Assembly (NCBI GenBank): GCA_903889965.1
Contig: CAISZM010000028.1
Coordinates: 9,831 to 73,830 of the forward strand
Source: an uncultured Elusimicrobia bacterium
GTDB lineage: Bacteria; Elusimicrobiota; Elusimicrobia; Elusimicrobiales; UBA9959
Reading direction: 5' to 3'
DNA length: 64,000 nucleotides
Made by a program: the position numbers and the translations under genes. Numbering within the stretch: position 1 is the first letter of the stretch; every line of letters begins with the position of its first letter. A model generated the notes under the pieces. The model saw nothing but the letters and a program-made list of their open reading frames with translations. It did no database searches and was not told where the DNA came from. Below are positions 51,568-61,466 of this stretch, one piece after another.

Positions 51568-52955
51568 TGAGAACGATCCTTCTGCTGTTACTCCTCGGCT
51601 GCCCGCCGGCGCTTTGCGCCGGGGGGGAGGCGCAGCCCCAGAACGCCCGGGAAACCGAACTGGCCGCGGTGAGGGACAGGCTTTCATTCAGCCTTTTCTT
51701 CAGGGGCGAGGTGGCCGACGCGCTGATCGCTTCCGGAGTTGCGGCCAGGTATGTGGGCCTGGGCGGAGTGGAGACCAACTCCGGGGCGCGCTCAATAGTG
51801 ATGGAATGGATACAGAAAAATAAGGGCGCGGCGGCGGAGCTATACCTGAACCTTAGATCCGGCGAGACCGCGCCGCCGGAAAATATCCGGGAGCATGAAT
51901 CTGTGTGGGAGATCAATCCGAATTTCCTGAGCCTGATCAAGGACCTCAATGCCGCCGCCGGAGGGGCCGGCGTTCCGATGGAGGCCCTTGAGGCGGCGGG
52001 CCGGAGTCTTTACGAGGGGCCCCAGCAGACGGGCGCCGTCCGCGCCGCGCTGGCCGGCGACGCAGGCCCGGGGGGAGCCGCCTTTTTTTCCGGATACGCC
52101 GATTACCGCCTGAACAAAGCCGGGCTGGAGCGTGAAGTCGCCGCGGACGGCGTCTGGCTGGCGGCTGCGCGCGGCCCGGACGGGGGAGCCCCGCGCGGGC
52201 TTGAGAGGCCGTACAGGGAAGCGCTGGCGGAGTATGGGGATTTCGTGGTGGCAGCCTCGGGGGTTAAAGGCCGGGGTCGTATAACCGGCGCCGAATCCCG
52301 GGCGCTTGAGTCCGGCCGCGCGCGTGTGCGCGCAAAAATAGCTTCGCTGGAACTGAGTCTCAGGGCGGCGGACCTGGCGGCGATAGAGGCGGCGCTGCGC
52401 GCGCTGGCCGGGACGGCTGGAGCGGACACACTGGCCGCCGCCGCCGCAGGCTTGAGGGCTTCTTTTGAGGCGGCCGCCGCGGGCCAGCAAGCCGGGGCAG
52501 GGCTGGGCGCCGCGGAAAGGGATTTTTCGGTTTTTTACCTGCGGTATTCGGCCTACAGCGGGTTTATCGGCCTCAAGCGCGCGTCGGAGGCGGGGGGGTT
52601 CTCCTGCCTCTATGACTACGCGATGCTGAAGTATCTCGCCTATTTTTTTCCGCGCTCCGCTTACCCGGCTGACAGGGCAGAGCTGGAGGGAGCCGCCGCC
52701 GGGCTTGATGAAGCGCTTTTGAAAGCGGCCGAAGGGAATATCGCGGGCGCTTTCTCCGGCTTGCCTGGCGGGCCTGGAAGAATAGCCGCGGCCGCGGGCC
52801 GCGTCAGGCGCGCCTCGGCTTTCAACCGCAGCGCGCAGTTTTTTTTATGGGGCCTGCTCTTCAGGCCGGTGGAACTGAATGTGGAGCTGAAAGGCGGCCA
52901 TGCGGTCTTTAGACCCGAGGCCGCGCTCTTCAGTATTATGGCCGGGAAATTGTGA
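51567..52955 (+). CDS. Hypothetical secreted Ala-rich protein
   Basis: Signal peptide MRTILLLLLLG; start overlaps the cls stop. Confidence 0.6.
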   Translation: MRTILLLLLLGCPPALCAGGEAQPQNARETELAAVRDRLSFSLFFRGEVADALIASGVAARYVGLGGVETNSGARSIVMEWIQKNKGAAAELYLNLRSGETAPPENIREHESVWEINPNFLSLIKDLNAAAGGAGVPMEALEAAGRSLYEGPQQTGAVRAALAGDAGPGGAAFFSGYADYRLNKAGLEREVAADGVWLAAARGPDGGAPRGLERPYREALAEYGDFVVAASGVKGRGRITGAESRALESGRARVRAKIASLELSLRAADLAAIEAALRALAGTAGADTLAAAAAGLRASFEAAAAGQQAGAGLGAAERDFSVFYLRYSAYSGFIGLKRASEAGGFSCLYDYAMLKYLAYFFPRSAYPADRAELEGAAAGLDEALLKAAEGNIAGAFSGLPGGPGRIAAAAGRVRRASAFNRSAQFFLWGLLFRPVELNVELKGGHAVFRPEAALFSIMAGKL

Positions 52956-54018
52956 AACCCTGCAGCTTATCGTGCGCCGCGGCTTCAGCTTCGGCCTTCA
53001 GCGCGTTCTTCATGCGGGCTTGAGCCACCTGCTCGCGTACCCCTCGTATCCACTTATTGTCTATCTTGTTCAGGCGGCTGGTCAGTTCTTCCAGGGTCTT
53101 AGGCGGCTTCAAGCCCAGTATATTAGCGTACATGTCGTCTTTTACGCTCTGTCTCTCGTCCCAATGTACGGAAGTAAAGCCGGAGATCAGTCCCTGCTTG
53201 AATTGGGCAACGTCGCTGGCCGGGTCCTGCCCGAACCGCGAATACGCTTTCAGCATCATGCTTTCCCAGTGGCCGTTGCTGACGGCCTGCGCCGAGGGCA
53301 TAAGGAGCAGGCCGCCTAGCCGCCTGGCTTCAGCCACCGTGGGCGCTTTGGAACCGTTGAAAAAGGTGTTGTAGCTTATCAGGTCGTCTATCCCGTTGAA
53401 GAGCGTGTTTATCGCGTCGCCCATGAAGTACGCGGAAACTTCGTCCGCCTTCATCCAGGAGTAACGGTAGAAAAGCGACTGCGAGCGCAGGTCGGCCTGT
53501 ATGGCGTTGACCGCGTCGTAGTGTTCCCTGGCGGGCGTACCCTTCGGCGCGCCCTTGTCGGCCAGCACGTCCCGCTCCGCGTGTACGTACTCGTGCAGCA
53601 GCGTGGAGATCTCGTAGGGTTTAAGGTCGAAGCGCACCCGGGGTTGTCCGCCTTCGCTGAAATCCGGCGGGAGGTGCAGCGTGTTCATCATATAGCCATA
53701 GGTCGCGGCCGCGTCCGCCGGCATACCGCCGAAAACCACCTTCACTTTCGAGGTAAGCGCACGGAGCTGCCCGGTCGCAAGGCCAACGCTCTCAAGGCGG
53801 AGGAAAAAACCGGACATGTCCGCGCTTACGGTCTTGACGGATGAAACGCCCTGGAGCGCGGCCGGTTGGGCGGGCGCCGACGGGACCGGCACGGCCGCTT
53901 CGGCCGCGCGTTCAAGGCTGAACGAGTCGTTAAAATCTTCTGCGGCTGGAACGGCGCGGGCCTGCGACAGACAGGCCAGCGAAAGGGCTGAAGAAAGCGT
54001 AAGGATATAGAGGCGCAT
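52936..54018 (-). CDS. Secreted protein with HExxH zincin motif
   Basis: Signal peptide; 'STLLHEYVHAE' and downstream 'DEVSAY'. Confidence 0.65.
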   Translation of the reverse strand: MRLYILTLSSALSLACLSQARAVPAAEDFNDSFSLERAAEAAVPVPSAPAQPAALQGVSSVKTVSADMSGFFLRLESVGLATGQLRALTSKVKVVFGGMPADAAATYGYMMNTLHLPPDFSEGGQPRVRFDLKPYEISTLLHEYVHAERDVLADKGAPKGTPAREHYDAVNAIQADLRSQSLFYRYSWMKADEVSAYFMGDAINTLFNGIDDLISYNTFFNGSKAPTVAEARRLGGLLLMPSAQAVSNGHWESMMLKAYSRFGQDPASDVAQFKQGLISGFTSVHWDERQSVKDDMYANILGLKPPKTLEELTSRLNKIDNKWIRGVREQVAQARMKNALKAEAEAAAHDKLQGFTISRP

Positions 54019-54163
54019 TAGGTTCCTTTTGTCCGGACCGATACCGCTCGTACATTAAGTATAACAGCGGCGCTGGTCCTTGGCAAAGGCACAAAGGCCC
54101 CCGAAAAGCGGTTTTAGGGCCCAGGCCGCTATGGGCACTCGGGCCCGCGGCGCCCGGCGCCGG

Positions 54164-55645
54164 TTACAGCAGGAGTTTTTTTACTATCTCGCCGGCGAGC
54201 TGCGGGTTGGCCCTTCCTTTGGATTTCTTCATCAGCACGCCGACTATCGGGCCGATAGCCTTCTCGTTGCCGGCCCTGAAGTCTTCCGCCGCTTTCGGGT
54301 GCGCGGCTATGGCTTCTTTTGCCCAGGTTTCTATCTGCGCCGAGTCGCTTACCTGCGCAAGTCCCAGCTCATTAAGCAGCGCTTCAGGGTCTTTGCCGGT
54401 ATCCCAGGCTTTGGTGAAAAGGGTTTTGGCCGCGGAGGCCGAGATTTTTCCGGCCGAGACCAGCGCCGCCGTTTTTACCAGCGCCGCCGGGCTTATGGCC
54501 TTGGCCGCGATGTCCGGGGGGGCGATCTTGCGTTCGTTAAGGCGGGCCAGGAACTCCCCCCCGATCAGGTTGATCACCGGCTTCGCGCCAAGGCCGGAGT
54601 CCGCGGCCAGGCGCATGCAGGCTTCCGAGTAGGCCGCCAGCTCCCTGCCGGAGGCGGCCACCCCGGCGTCGTAGGCGCTGAGGGCGAAATCGCGCTGGAA
54701 ACGCGCGCGCACGGCGCGCGGCAGTTCGCCGGCCTCTTTCTTCGCGGCTTCAAGGCGCCCGGCCGTCACGCGCAGTGGCGGCAGGTCCGGCTCCGGGAAG
54801 TACCTGTAGTCATGCGCCATCTCTTTGGAGCGCATCGGCTCGGTTCTCTGCGCCTTCTCATCCCACAACCGGGTGTCCTGGGCTATGGTCTCTCCCCGGG
54901 CGAGGGCGCCTGCCTGGCGGGAGATCTCATAGACTATGGAGTCTTTGGCCGCCTTGAAGGAATTCAGGTTTTTTATTTCCACTTTGCGGCCCAGCTTTGT
55001 TTCCCCGCGCGGCCGCAGGGAAATATTGACGTCGCAGCGCAGCTCCCCTTTTTCCATATCGCAGCCGCAGACGCCGGTCCACTCAAGCAGCTGTTTCAGC
55101 TCGGTCAGGTAGGCATAGGCCTCCTCCGGGGAGTTCATGTCCGGCTCGGAAACTATCTCGATAAGGGGTATGCCGCAGCGGTTGAAGTCGACCAGTGTGT
55201 GGTCCAGCTCCTCGCTGCCCAGGGCGTGCAGGGACTTCCCCGCGTCCTCCTCCAGGTGGGCCCGTGTAACGCGTATCCTCTTCGCGCCGCCGTCCTTCAG
55301 ATCTATTTCAATAAAGCCGGGCCCGCAGAGGGGCTTGTCGTATTGCGAGATCTGGTAGGATTTAGGCAGGTCCGGGTAAAAATAGTTTTTCCGCGCGAAG
55401 ACGGAGACCTCGTTTATCAGGCAGTTAAGCGCCAGGCCCGTCCTTATGCCCAGTTCCACCGCCCGCTCGTTCGCCGCCGGCAGCGTGCCGGGTTGACCGG
55501 TGCAGACAGGGCAGATATTGGTATTGGCTGGCGCGTCGAAGGCGCCGGCCCGGCAGCGGCAGAACATCTTTGTTTCTGTTTTCAGCTGCGCGTGTATCTC
55601 AAGTCCGATGACAGGCTCAAAGTCAGGCATAACGGTCTCCATCAT
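54164..55645 (-). CDS. gatB: Asp/Glu-tRNA amidotransferase subunit B
   Basis: 'IGLEIHAQL', '[11 protein letters not shown]', 'HLEEDAGK', 'YRYFPEPDL'. Confidence 0.97.
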   Translation of the reverse strand: MMETVMPDFEPVIGLEIHAQLKTETKMFCRCRAGAFDAPANTNICPVCTGQPGTLPAANERAVELGIRTGLALNCLINEVSVFARKNYFYPDLPKSYQISQYDKPLCGPGFIEIDLKDGGAKRIRVTRAHLEEDAGKSLHALGSEELDHTLVDFNRCGIPLIEIVSEPDMNSPEEAYAYLTELKQLLEWTGVCGCDMEKGELRCDVNISLRPRGETKLGRKVEIKNLNSFKAAKDSIVYEISRQAGALARGETIAQDTRLWDEKAQRTEPMRSKEMAHDYRYFPEPDLPPLRVTAGRLEAAKKEAGELPRAVRARFQRDFALSAYDAGVAASGRELAAYSEACMRLAADSGLGAKPVINLIGGEFLARLNERKIAPPDIAAKAISPAALVKTAALVSAGKISASAAKTLFTKAWDTGKDPEALLNELGLAQVSDSAQIETWAKEAIAAHPKAAEDFRAGNEKAIGPIVGVLMKKSKGRANPQLAGEIVKKLLL

Positions 55646-56055
55646 ATTTTTTTCAGCAGCTCTATAATTTCAAGGTCGCTCTTATAGGCCAGTATCTTTT
55701 CGGCGTCGCCGAGCGGGTACCATTTCTTGCCGAGTATTTCTTCGGGCGTCTTTGGAACGCCATCCCCGCCCCTGCGCCGCATAAGGAACCAGAGCACGTC
55801 TTTGTCCACGGGCCTGCCGCCGCGCGTGAAAGAATACTCCGCCTTGCAGAGGGCGGATGCTATCTCGCAGTCAAATCCTGTTTCCTCGCTCACTTCCCTG
55901 AGGGCCGCCTGCTCCGCGGTCTCGCCCGGCTCGAGGTGGCCTTTCGGGAAGGTCCAGACCTCGGAACCGCTCAGGTTCCGCATGAGTATAAGGAGAACCC
56001 TGCCGTCCTCAAGTATCACGCCTCCGGCGGAATGTTCCATTTCTGACCTAGACAT
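55642..56055 (-). CDS. NUDIX hydrolase (Ap4A hydrolase-like)
   Basis: '[27 protein letters not shown]' Nudix box. Confidence 0.92.
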   Translation of the reverse strand: MSRSEMEHSAGGVILEDGRVLLILMRNLSGSEVWTFPKGHLEPGETAEQAALREVSEETGFDCEIASALCKAEYSFTRGGRPVDKDVLWFLMRRRGGDGVPKTPEEILGKKWYPLGDAEKILAYKSDLEIIELLKKI

Positions 56056-57454
56056 TTTCCAGGACCTTCAAAAGACCGAACAATGACGGCTCGGAAAACG
56101 GACGGCCGAGGAACTGCACCCCGACCGGCAGGCCGCCCGCCGTAAACCCGGCAGGCGCGGAGACGCCGCAGAGCCCGGCTAAATTGCAGGGTATGGTGAA
56201 GATGTCGGAGAGGTACATGGCTATCGGGTCGGAGACCTTCTCTCCGAATTTGAAGGCAGGGGAGGGCGTGGTCGGGCTTATGATGAAATCCGCCTTCTCG
56301 AAGGCCGCCTCAAAATCCCTCTTTATGAGCGTGCGTATCTTCTGCGCCTTCAGGTAGTAGGCGTCGTAGTAGCCGGCGCTTAGGCTATAGGTGCCCAGCA
56401 TTATGCGGCGCTTAACCTCCGGGCCGAAGCCCAGGCCGCGGGTTTTCTGATATCCCTCCTTGAGGTTGGCCCCGGCGGCGCTGAAACCGTAGCGTATGCC
56501 GTCGAAGCGGCCCAGGTTGGAGCTGGCCTCGCTGGAGGCGGCTATATAATAGGCCGGCACGGCGTACTTGGCGTTGGGGAGCGTAACCTCGGTCAATCGC
56601 GCGCCTAGCTTTTCAAGCTTTACGGCCGCGGCGCGGGTCAGCGCGAGCGTTTCGCGGTCCATGCCCTCGCCGGAGAAGAATTCCTTAGGCAGGCCTATGC
56701 GCACCCCCCCGATCCCGTCCCAGGGTTTAGCGGGCGGGAAGGCGACGGAGGTGGAATCTTTGGGGTCGCGGCTGGAGAGCGCGCTGAAGGCCAGTTCGAG
56801 GTCCGCCGCGTCCGCGGCGAAAGGGCCTATCTGGTCAAGGCTCGAGGCGAAGGCCGCCAGGCCGTAACGGCTGACAGCGCCGTAGGTGGGCTTCAGGCCG
56901 TAAACACCGCAGAAGGCGGCCGGCTGGCGTATGGAACCGCCGGTATCCGAGCCCAGGGCTATGGGGCAGAAGCCGGCCGCCACGGCGGCGGCGGAACCGC
57001 CGGAAGAGCCTCCCGGCACGCAGGACGTGTTCACCGGGTTCCTTGTTTTTCTGAAAGCTGAGTTCTCGGTGGAGGAGCCCATGGCGAACTCGTCCATGTT
57101 AGTGCGGCCTATTATCACCGCGTCCTCGCGTATAAGGTTCTCTACGGCGGTGGCAGTGTACGGGGCGATATAGCCCTCCAGTATTTTGGAGGCGCAGGTC
57201 ATGCGGTGGCCCGCGTAAAGCATATTGTCTTTTATCGCCACCGGCACTCCGGCCAGCCGCCCGGGCTTGCCGCCGGCCGCTATCTTCGCGTCCACCGCCG
57301 CCGCCTGAACCCGGGCCGTTTCCGCGAATACTTCCAGGAAAGCACCGATCTCGGCGTCCTGTTCGTTTATCAGCTTCAGGCGTTCTTCCAGAACGTCCGC
57401 CGCCCTGAATTTTTTCCCGGCCACTCCGCTGGCTATCTCAACGGCTGTCTTCAT
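56048..57454 (-). CDS. gatA: Asp/Glu-tRNA amidotransferase subunit A
   Basis: 'PGGSSGGSAAAV', 'GSDTGGSIRQPA', 'EVKRRIMLGTY'. Confidence 0.97.
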   Translation of the reverse strand: MKTAVEIASGVAGKKFRAADVLEERLKLINEQDAEIGAFLEVFAETARVQAAAVDAKIAAGGKPGRLAGVPVAIKDNMLYAGHRMTCASKILEGYIAPYTATAVENLIREDAVIIGRTNMDEFAMGSSTENSAFRKTRNPVNTSCVPGGSSGGSAAAVAAGFCPIALGSDTGGSIRQPAAFCGVYGLKPTYGAVSRYGLAAFASSLDQIGPFAADAADLELAFSALSSRDPKDSTSVAFPPAKPWDGIGGVRIGLPKEFFSGEGMDRETLALTRAAAVKLEKLGARLTEVTLPNAKYAVPAYYIAASSEASSNLGRFDGIRYGFSAAGANLKEGYQKTRGLGFGPEVKRRIMLGTYSLSAGYYDAYYLKAQKIRTLIKRDFEAAFEKADFIISPTTPSPAFKFGEKVSDPIAMYLSDIFTIPCNLAGLCGVSAPAGFTAGGLPVGVQFLGRPFSEPSLFGLLKVLENV

Positions 57455-57508
57455 ATCGTTTCCTCTTAAAAAGTTTCAGGTTCAAAACTTCCGACCCGTG
57501 TCATGCGG

Positions 57509-57796
57509 CTATTCTATGACCTTGCGGACCTTTATGAAGTCGAACTCCCGCTCCGGGGCCAGCTTCAGTATTTCTTCCCGGGCCGCGAAGGTCTCGGGCT
57601 TGTCGGCGGCGACTACGTTCTCTATGCCCAGCACGCTGGTGGTGGGCGTTACGGCGGAGGTGTCCGCCTTCTCCAGCTCTTCCATCCAGCCCAGTATGCC
57701 GCCCAGCTGCGCGGCGTACATCTTTTTTTCCGACGGAGAAAGCTCAAGACGGGCCAGTTCGGCGATATGCTCTACGGTCTTTTCATCAATTTCCAT
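57509..57796 (-). CDS. gatC: Asp/Glu-tRNA amidotransferase subunit C
   Basis: 'VEHIAELARL', 'F.KV.KVIE'; upstream of gatA. Confidence 0.93.
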   Translation of the reverse strand: MEIDEKTVEHIAELARLELSPSEKKMYAAQLGGILGWMEELEKADTSAVTPTTSVLGIENVVAADKPETFAAREEILKLAPEREFDFIKVRKVIE

Positions 57797-57853
57797 AAAA
57801 TCCCTTGCCCCTCTCTGACTCTTTAATCTGCAATCTTAAATCTTTAATCCCGC

Positions 57854-60046
57854 CTACATCGGCTGCAGCGGCGCGTATTTCAGCATGAAGGTCTGCCGCA
57901 CACCGCTGTCGAAAACCACGGTGACTTTGGCCAGTTCCCCGGAACCGATCTGGTCGACCACGCGGCCCGGGCCGTGTACCGGGTGCATTATGCGGCGGCC
58001 CTTGCCGACGCGGGGTATGGAGGGGGGGGGCTGATAGGAAGCCAGCACCTGAACATCCTCCTCGCCGGCGCGCTCGGCGGTTTCGCGCGCCACCTTGCTT
58101 TCGAAGATGAAGCGCGAGGCCAGGTTGGGGTAAGTAGTGCCGTACACCCTGCGCGTATTTGCCCAGGTGAGGAAAAGCCTCTGCCTAGCGCGGGTCATGC
58201 CCACGTAGGCCAGCCGCCGCTCCTCCTCGAGGTCCTCCTCGGAGGAGTTGGCCGCGTTTATGGGGAAAAGGTTCTCTTCGAGCCCGGTCAGGAAAACCGC
58301 GGGGAATTCCAGGCCCTTGGCGAGGTGCACGGTCATCAGGGTGATGGCGTAGGTGTCTGTGTTCATCTTATCCACCTGCGAGGAGAGCATCACTTCTTCC
58401 AGGTATTTGTGCAGCGTGGGCGCCACGCCCTCTTTGGCGCAGTGCTCCTCGAATTCCTTCACGGCGTTAACCAGTTCCTGCAGGTTGCCGAGGCGCGCAA
58501 GAGACTCCTGCGGTTCCTTCTCGGCCAGTTCCTCCGTCATCTTCCAGTAGCCGGAAGTGGTCAGTATCTTCTCCAGCATCAGGGAAGGTGTTGCGGAGAA
58601 CAGGTCGGTCTTCACGCCCTCCAGCAGGTCCAGGAACTCCTTGATGCCGTGCCTCGCTGTTTTGGTCAGCTCCGGCACCTGTTCCGCGCTCAAAAACGCG
58701 TCGTAAAGCGGCATCTCCTTCTGGCGGGAGTAGGACAGCACGTGCTCTATGGCCGTTTTGCCTATCCCCCTGGCCGGGGTGTTTATCACGCGGAGCAGGC
58801 TGACCGTATCCGAAGGGTTCACCAGCAGCTTAAGGTAGGCCAGGGTGTCCTTTATCTCCTTGCGCTCGTAGAAGCGCACCGAGCCTATCAGCCGGTACGG
58901 TATGCGCGCGCGGCGGCAGGCTTCTTCGAAGGAGCGGCTCTGCGCGTTGGTGCGGTAAAAAACGGCGATGTCGTTATAGGTGAGCCCGCCGCGGGCGGTG
59001 AGCTGTTTCACCTGCTCCGTGACGCCGCGGGCCTCGTCGGTCTCGTTCGCGTAATCCAGGGCCACCGGGGGCTCGCCGTGCTCCGCCTTGGTCCAAAGGT
59101 TCTTCGGGCGGCGGTTGCGGTTGTGCTTTATAACTTCGTTAGCCGCGTGCAGGATCCTGGCGGTGGATCGGTAATTCTCCTCCAGCACAACGGTGGCGGC
59201 GTCGTTGAAGTCCTTCTCGAACTCCATGATGTTGCGGATATCCGCGCCGCGCCAGCCGTAAACCGACTGGTCAGGATCCCCGACCACGCAGAGGTTGCGG
59301 TGCTTGGCGGAAAGGGTTTTTACCAGCACGTACTGCGCGTGGTTCGTGTCCTGGTACTCGTCCACCAGTATATACTGGAAATTTTCCTGGAAATAATCGC
59401 GTATCTCTTCCTTCTCTTTCAGGAGCTCCACCGTGCGGACTATCAGGTCGCCGAAATCCAGCGCGCCCGCCTCGGACAGTTTCTTCTGGTAGCGCTGGTA
59501 GATCTGCGCGGCTTTCAGGCGGGAGGGGTCGTCCACGGCCTGGGCGTTTATCAGGTAGGACTGCGCGTCGAGCAGGTCGTCCTTGGCCCGCGAGATGATG
59601 CTCAGGTACATCGAGGCCTTGTTCTTTTCGGCCTCGAAGCCCAGTTCCTCCATGGCGAGGCCTATCAATTTCTTCTGATCGTCGTCGTCGTAGATGACGA
59701 AATTGGGCTGTACGCCTATAAGCCGGCCGTGGGTGCGCAGTATCCTGGCGCCCAGGGCGTGGAAGGTGTGTATCCACATGCCGCCCGCGTACGGCACCAG
59801 TTTTCCCACGCGGTGCTGCATTTCCTGCGCCGCCTTGTTGGTGAAGGTGATGGCTAGTATCTGGCCGGGCGAGACGCCGGAGGCTATCAGCAGGGCTATC
59901 TTGGAGGTGAGCGTCTTGGTCTTGCCCGTGCCCGCGCCCGCGAGTATTAAAAGCGGGCCGGCGAAATACTGCACCGCCTCGGTCTGCTTCGGGTTAAGGC
60001 CCAGCTTCGGGAGCAGGGACGGGTTCAAATTGAGGTTAAGGCTCAC
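57854..60046 (-). CDS. pcrA: ATP-dependent DNA helicase PcrA/UvrD
   Basis: 'AGAGTGKT', 'TFTNKAA', 'VDEYQDTN', 'EENYRS', 'EEERRLAYVGMTRA'; start GTG 60046 uncertain. Confidence 0.93.
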   Translation of the reverse strand: MSLNLNLNPSLLPKLGLNPKQTEAVQYFAGPLLILAGAGTGKTKTLTSKIALLIASGVSPGQILAITFTNKAAQEMQHRVGKLVPYAGGMWIHTFHALGARILRTHGRLIGVQPNFVIYDDDDQKKLIGLAMEELGFEAEKNKASMYLSIISRAKDDLLDAQSYLINAQAVDDPSRLKAAQIYQRYQKKLSEAGALDFGDLIVRTVELLKEKEEIRDYFQENFQYILVDEYQDTNHAQYVLVKTLSAKHRNLCVVGDPDQSVYGWRGADIRNIMEFEKDFNDAATVVLEENYRSTARILHAANEVIKHNRNRRPKNLWTKAEHGEPPVALDYANETDEARGVTEQVKQLTARGGLTYNDIAVFYRTNAQSRSFEEACRRARIPYRLIGSVRFYERKEIKDTLAYLKLLVNPSDTVSLLRVINTPARGIGKTAIEHVLSYSRQKEMPLYDAFLSAEQVPELTKTARHGIKEFLDLLEGVKTDLFSATPSLMLEKILTTSGYWKMTEELAEKEPQESLARLGNLQELVNAVKEFEEHCAKEGVAPTLHKYLEEVMLSSQVDKMNTDTYAITLMTVHLAKGLEFPAVFLTGLEENLFPINAANSSEEDLEEERRLAYVGMTRARQRLFLTWANTRRVYGTTYPNLASRFIFESKVARETAERAGEEDVQVLASYQPPPSIPRVGKGRRIMHPVHGPGRVVDQIGSGELAKVTVVFDSGVRQTFMLKYAPLQPM

Positions 60047-60145
60047 AAGTATTGATTTTACAATACTTGCGAGGTGCCGTATGTAGGGCATCCGGAAACA
60101 AGGAAAAGCGGAAAAGGCCCTATGTCTCCTGTGGTTGCGGGCGGG

Positions 60146-61285
60146 TTATATTCCGAGCGGCAGTTTAAGGGTGAAGACGGTGCCTGCGCCCGCCTCGCTG
60201 GTGAAGCCGATTTCGCCTTTAAGATAGCGCTCTGAAAGCAGTTTCATGCTGTAGGTGCCAAGCCCCCTGTCGGCCCCCTTGGTGGAAAAAGACCGGTTGA
60301 AGACCTGCAGCTTTACTTCTTTTGCCATAACGGCAGTATTATGCACGCTGAAAACGGCGCGGTCGTCAGCGACCGAGGCTCCGATGTCAACCGCCTCTCC
60401 GGCGGTCGAGGCCTCCAGCGCGTTCTTAAGCATATTGCCAAGTACCCTAAAAAGCAGCGTTTCATCGGAAGTCAGGGTCAGGTCCGGCCCGGGCAGCACT
60501 TTTATGTCTTTACCTTTCGCCGACTCGTGGGTTCTGTACGCTTCGGCGATGTGCGTCAAAAGCTCGCGCACCTTTATTTTTTTCGGCGCCGGCAGCAGGT
60601 CGCCGCTTTCGGCCCGGATCAGTTCCCTTTGCGCCACTATTTCTTCCACCAGGCGCTGCGAGATGCGGCTTATCGTTCCGCCGTAGCCGCGCAGAACTTT
60701 GGCGTCTTCCTCTTCGGCCATAACTTCGGAAAAGCCTTCCAGCGAGCCGGCCGTGTTCAACACATCGTGAAAAAAAACACGTTCGAGCGCCCGCCGCCTT
60801 TTTTCGTGGCTGATATCGGAAATGTAAAACGCGGTGAACTTCCCGCCCGACACCACAATGGGTACGGCGGTAACTTTCAGGTCAAGGGCGTCCAGGCCGC
60901 CGCCGCCATTTATAAGTATCCGGCATTCTTTCGAAGTTCTCTCGCCGCGCTGGCTGGCCAAAATTGCCAACACGGCTCCGCAGGTTGAGCATTTTTCGCT
61001 GGTGCCGCAGCCCCCCGGGCAGCTGGCGTTGACGCAGTTGACGGCCTCGCCGGGGCGCAGGCCCATCAGCTTTTCCAGGCCTGTTATTCCCAGGAAATCC
61101 AGCGCGGGCCGGTTGGCGTAAACTATCTGTCTGTTTTCGTTCAACACCAGCAGCAGGCCCGGGATAGTTGAAACTATACCGCTGAAAAGGGCGCTTTGCT
61201 CGACTTCGCTCCGCTGCGCCTTAATTATTTCAGGGCCGCTGCGCTCCGCCGGCGCGAAGTCCGTGTGCAATTCGGATTTGGTCAT
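60146..61285 (-). CDS. Cytoplasmic PAS-domain histidine kinase with Cys-rich insert
   Basis: PAS 'IVYANR'; C-x4-C-x3-C-x5-C-x2-C; H-box 'FFHDVLN'; 'NMLKNALEA'; 'GLGTY'. Confidence 0.9.
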   Translation of the reverse strand: MTKSELHTDFAPAERSGPEIIKAQRSEVEQSALFSGIVSTIPGLLLVLNENRQIVYANRPALDFLGITGLEKLMGLRPGEAVNCVNASCPGGCGTSEKCSTCGAVLAILASQRGERTSKECRILINGGGGLDALDLKVTAVPIVVSGGKFTAFYISDISHEKRRRALERVFFHDVLNTAGSLEGFSEVMAEEEDAKVLRGYGGTISRISQRLVEEIVAQRELIRAESGDLLPAPKKIKVRELLTHIAEAYRTHESAKGKDIKVLPGPDLTLTSDETLLFRVLGNMLKNALEASTAGEAVDIGASVADDRAVFSVHNTAVMAKEVKLQVFNRSFSTKGADRGLGTYSMKLLSERYLKGEIGFTSEAGAGTVFTLKLPLGI

Positions 61286-61466
61286 ATATATTACCCCTAA
61301 GTTTTGTTTCGCAAAGGCTTATCCACTACAATATATAACATTAATGGCCGCGACTGTTTACGAGCGCTATGCCCGCGGCGGCTGACTTGGGAGGTCTTTG
61401 CTTGCGGCGGGAAAAAGCCCGAGTTTTGTATTATATGTGGGGCCCCATGGAGGCAGCGACCGCTTT

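Noticed and set aside
57820-57850. Degenerate 7-mer repeats (ctttaat/ctgcaat/cttaaat) between pcrA and gatC
   Set aside because: Too short and degenerate to assign a function
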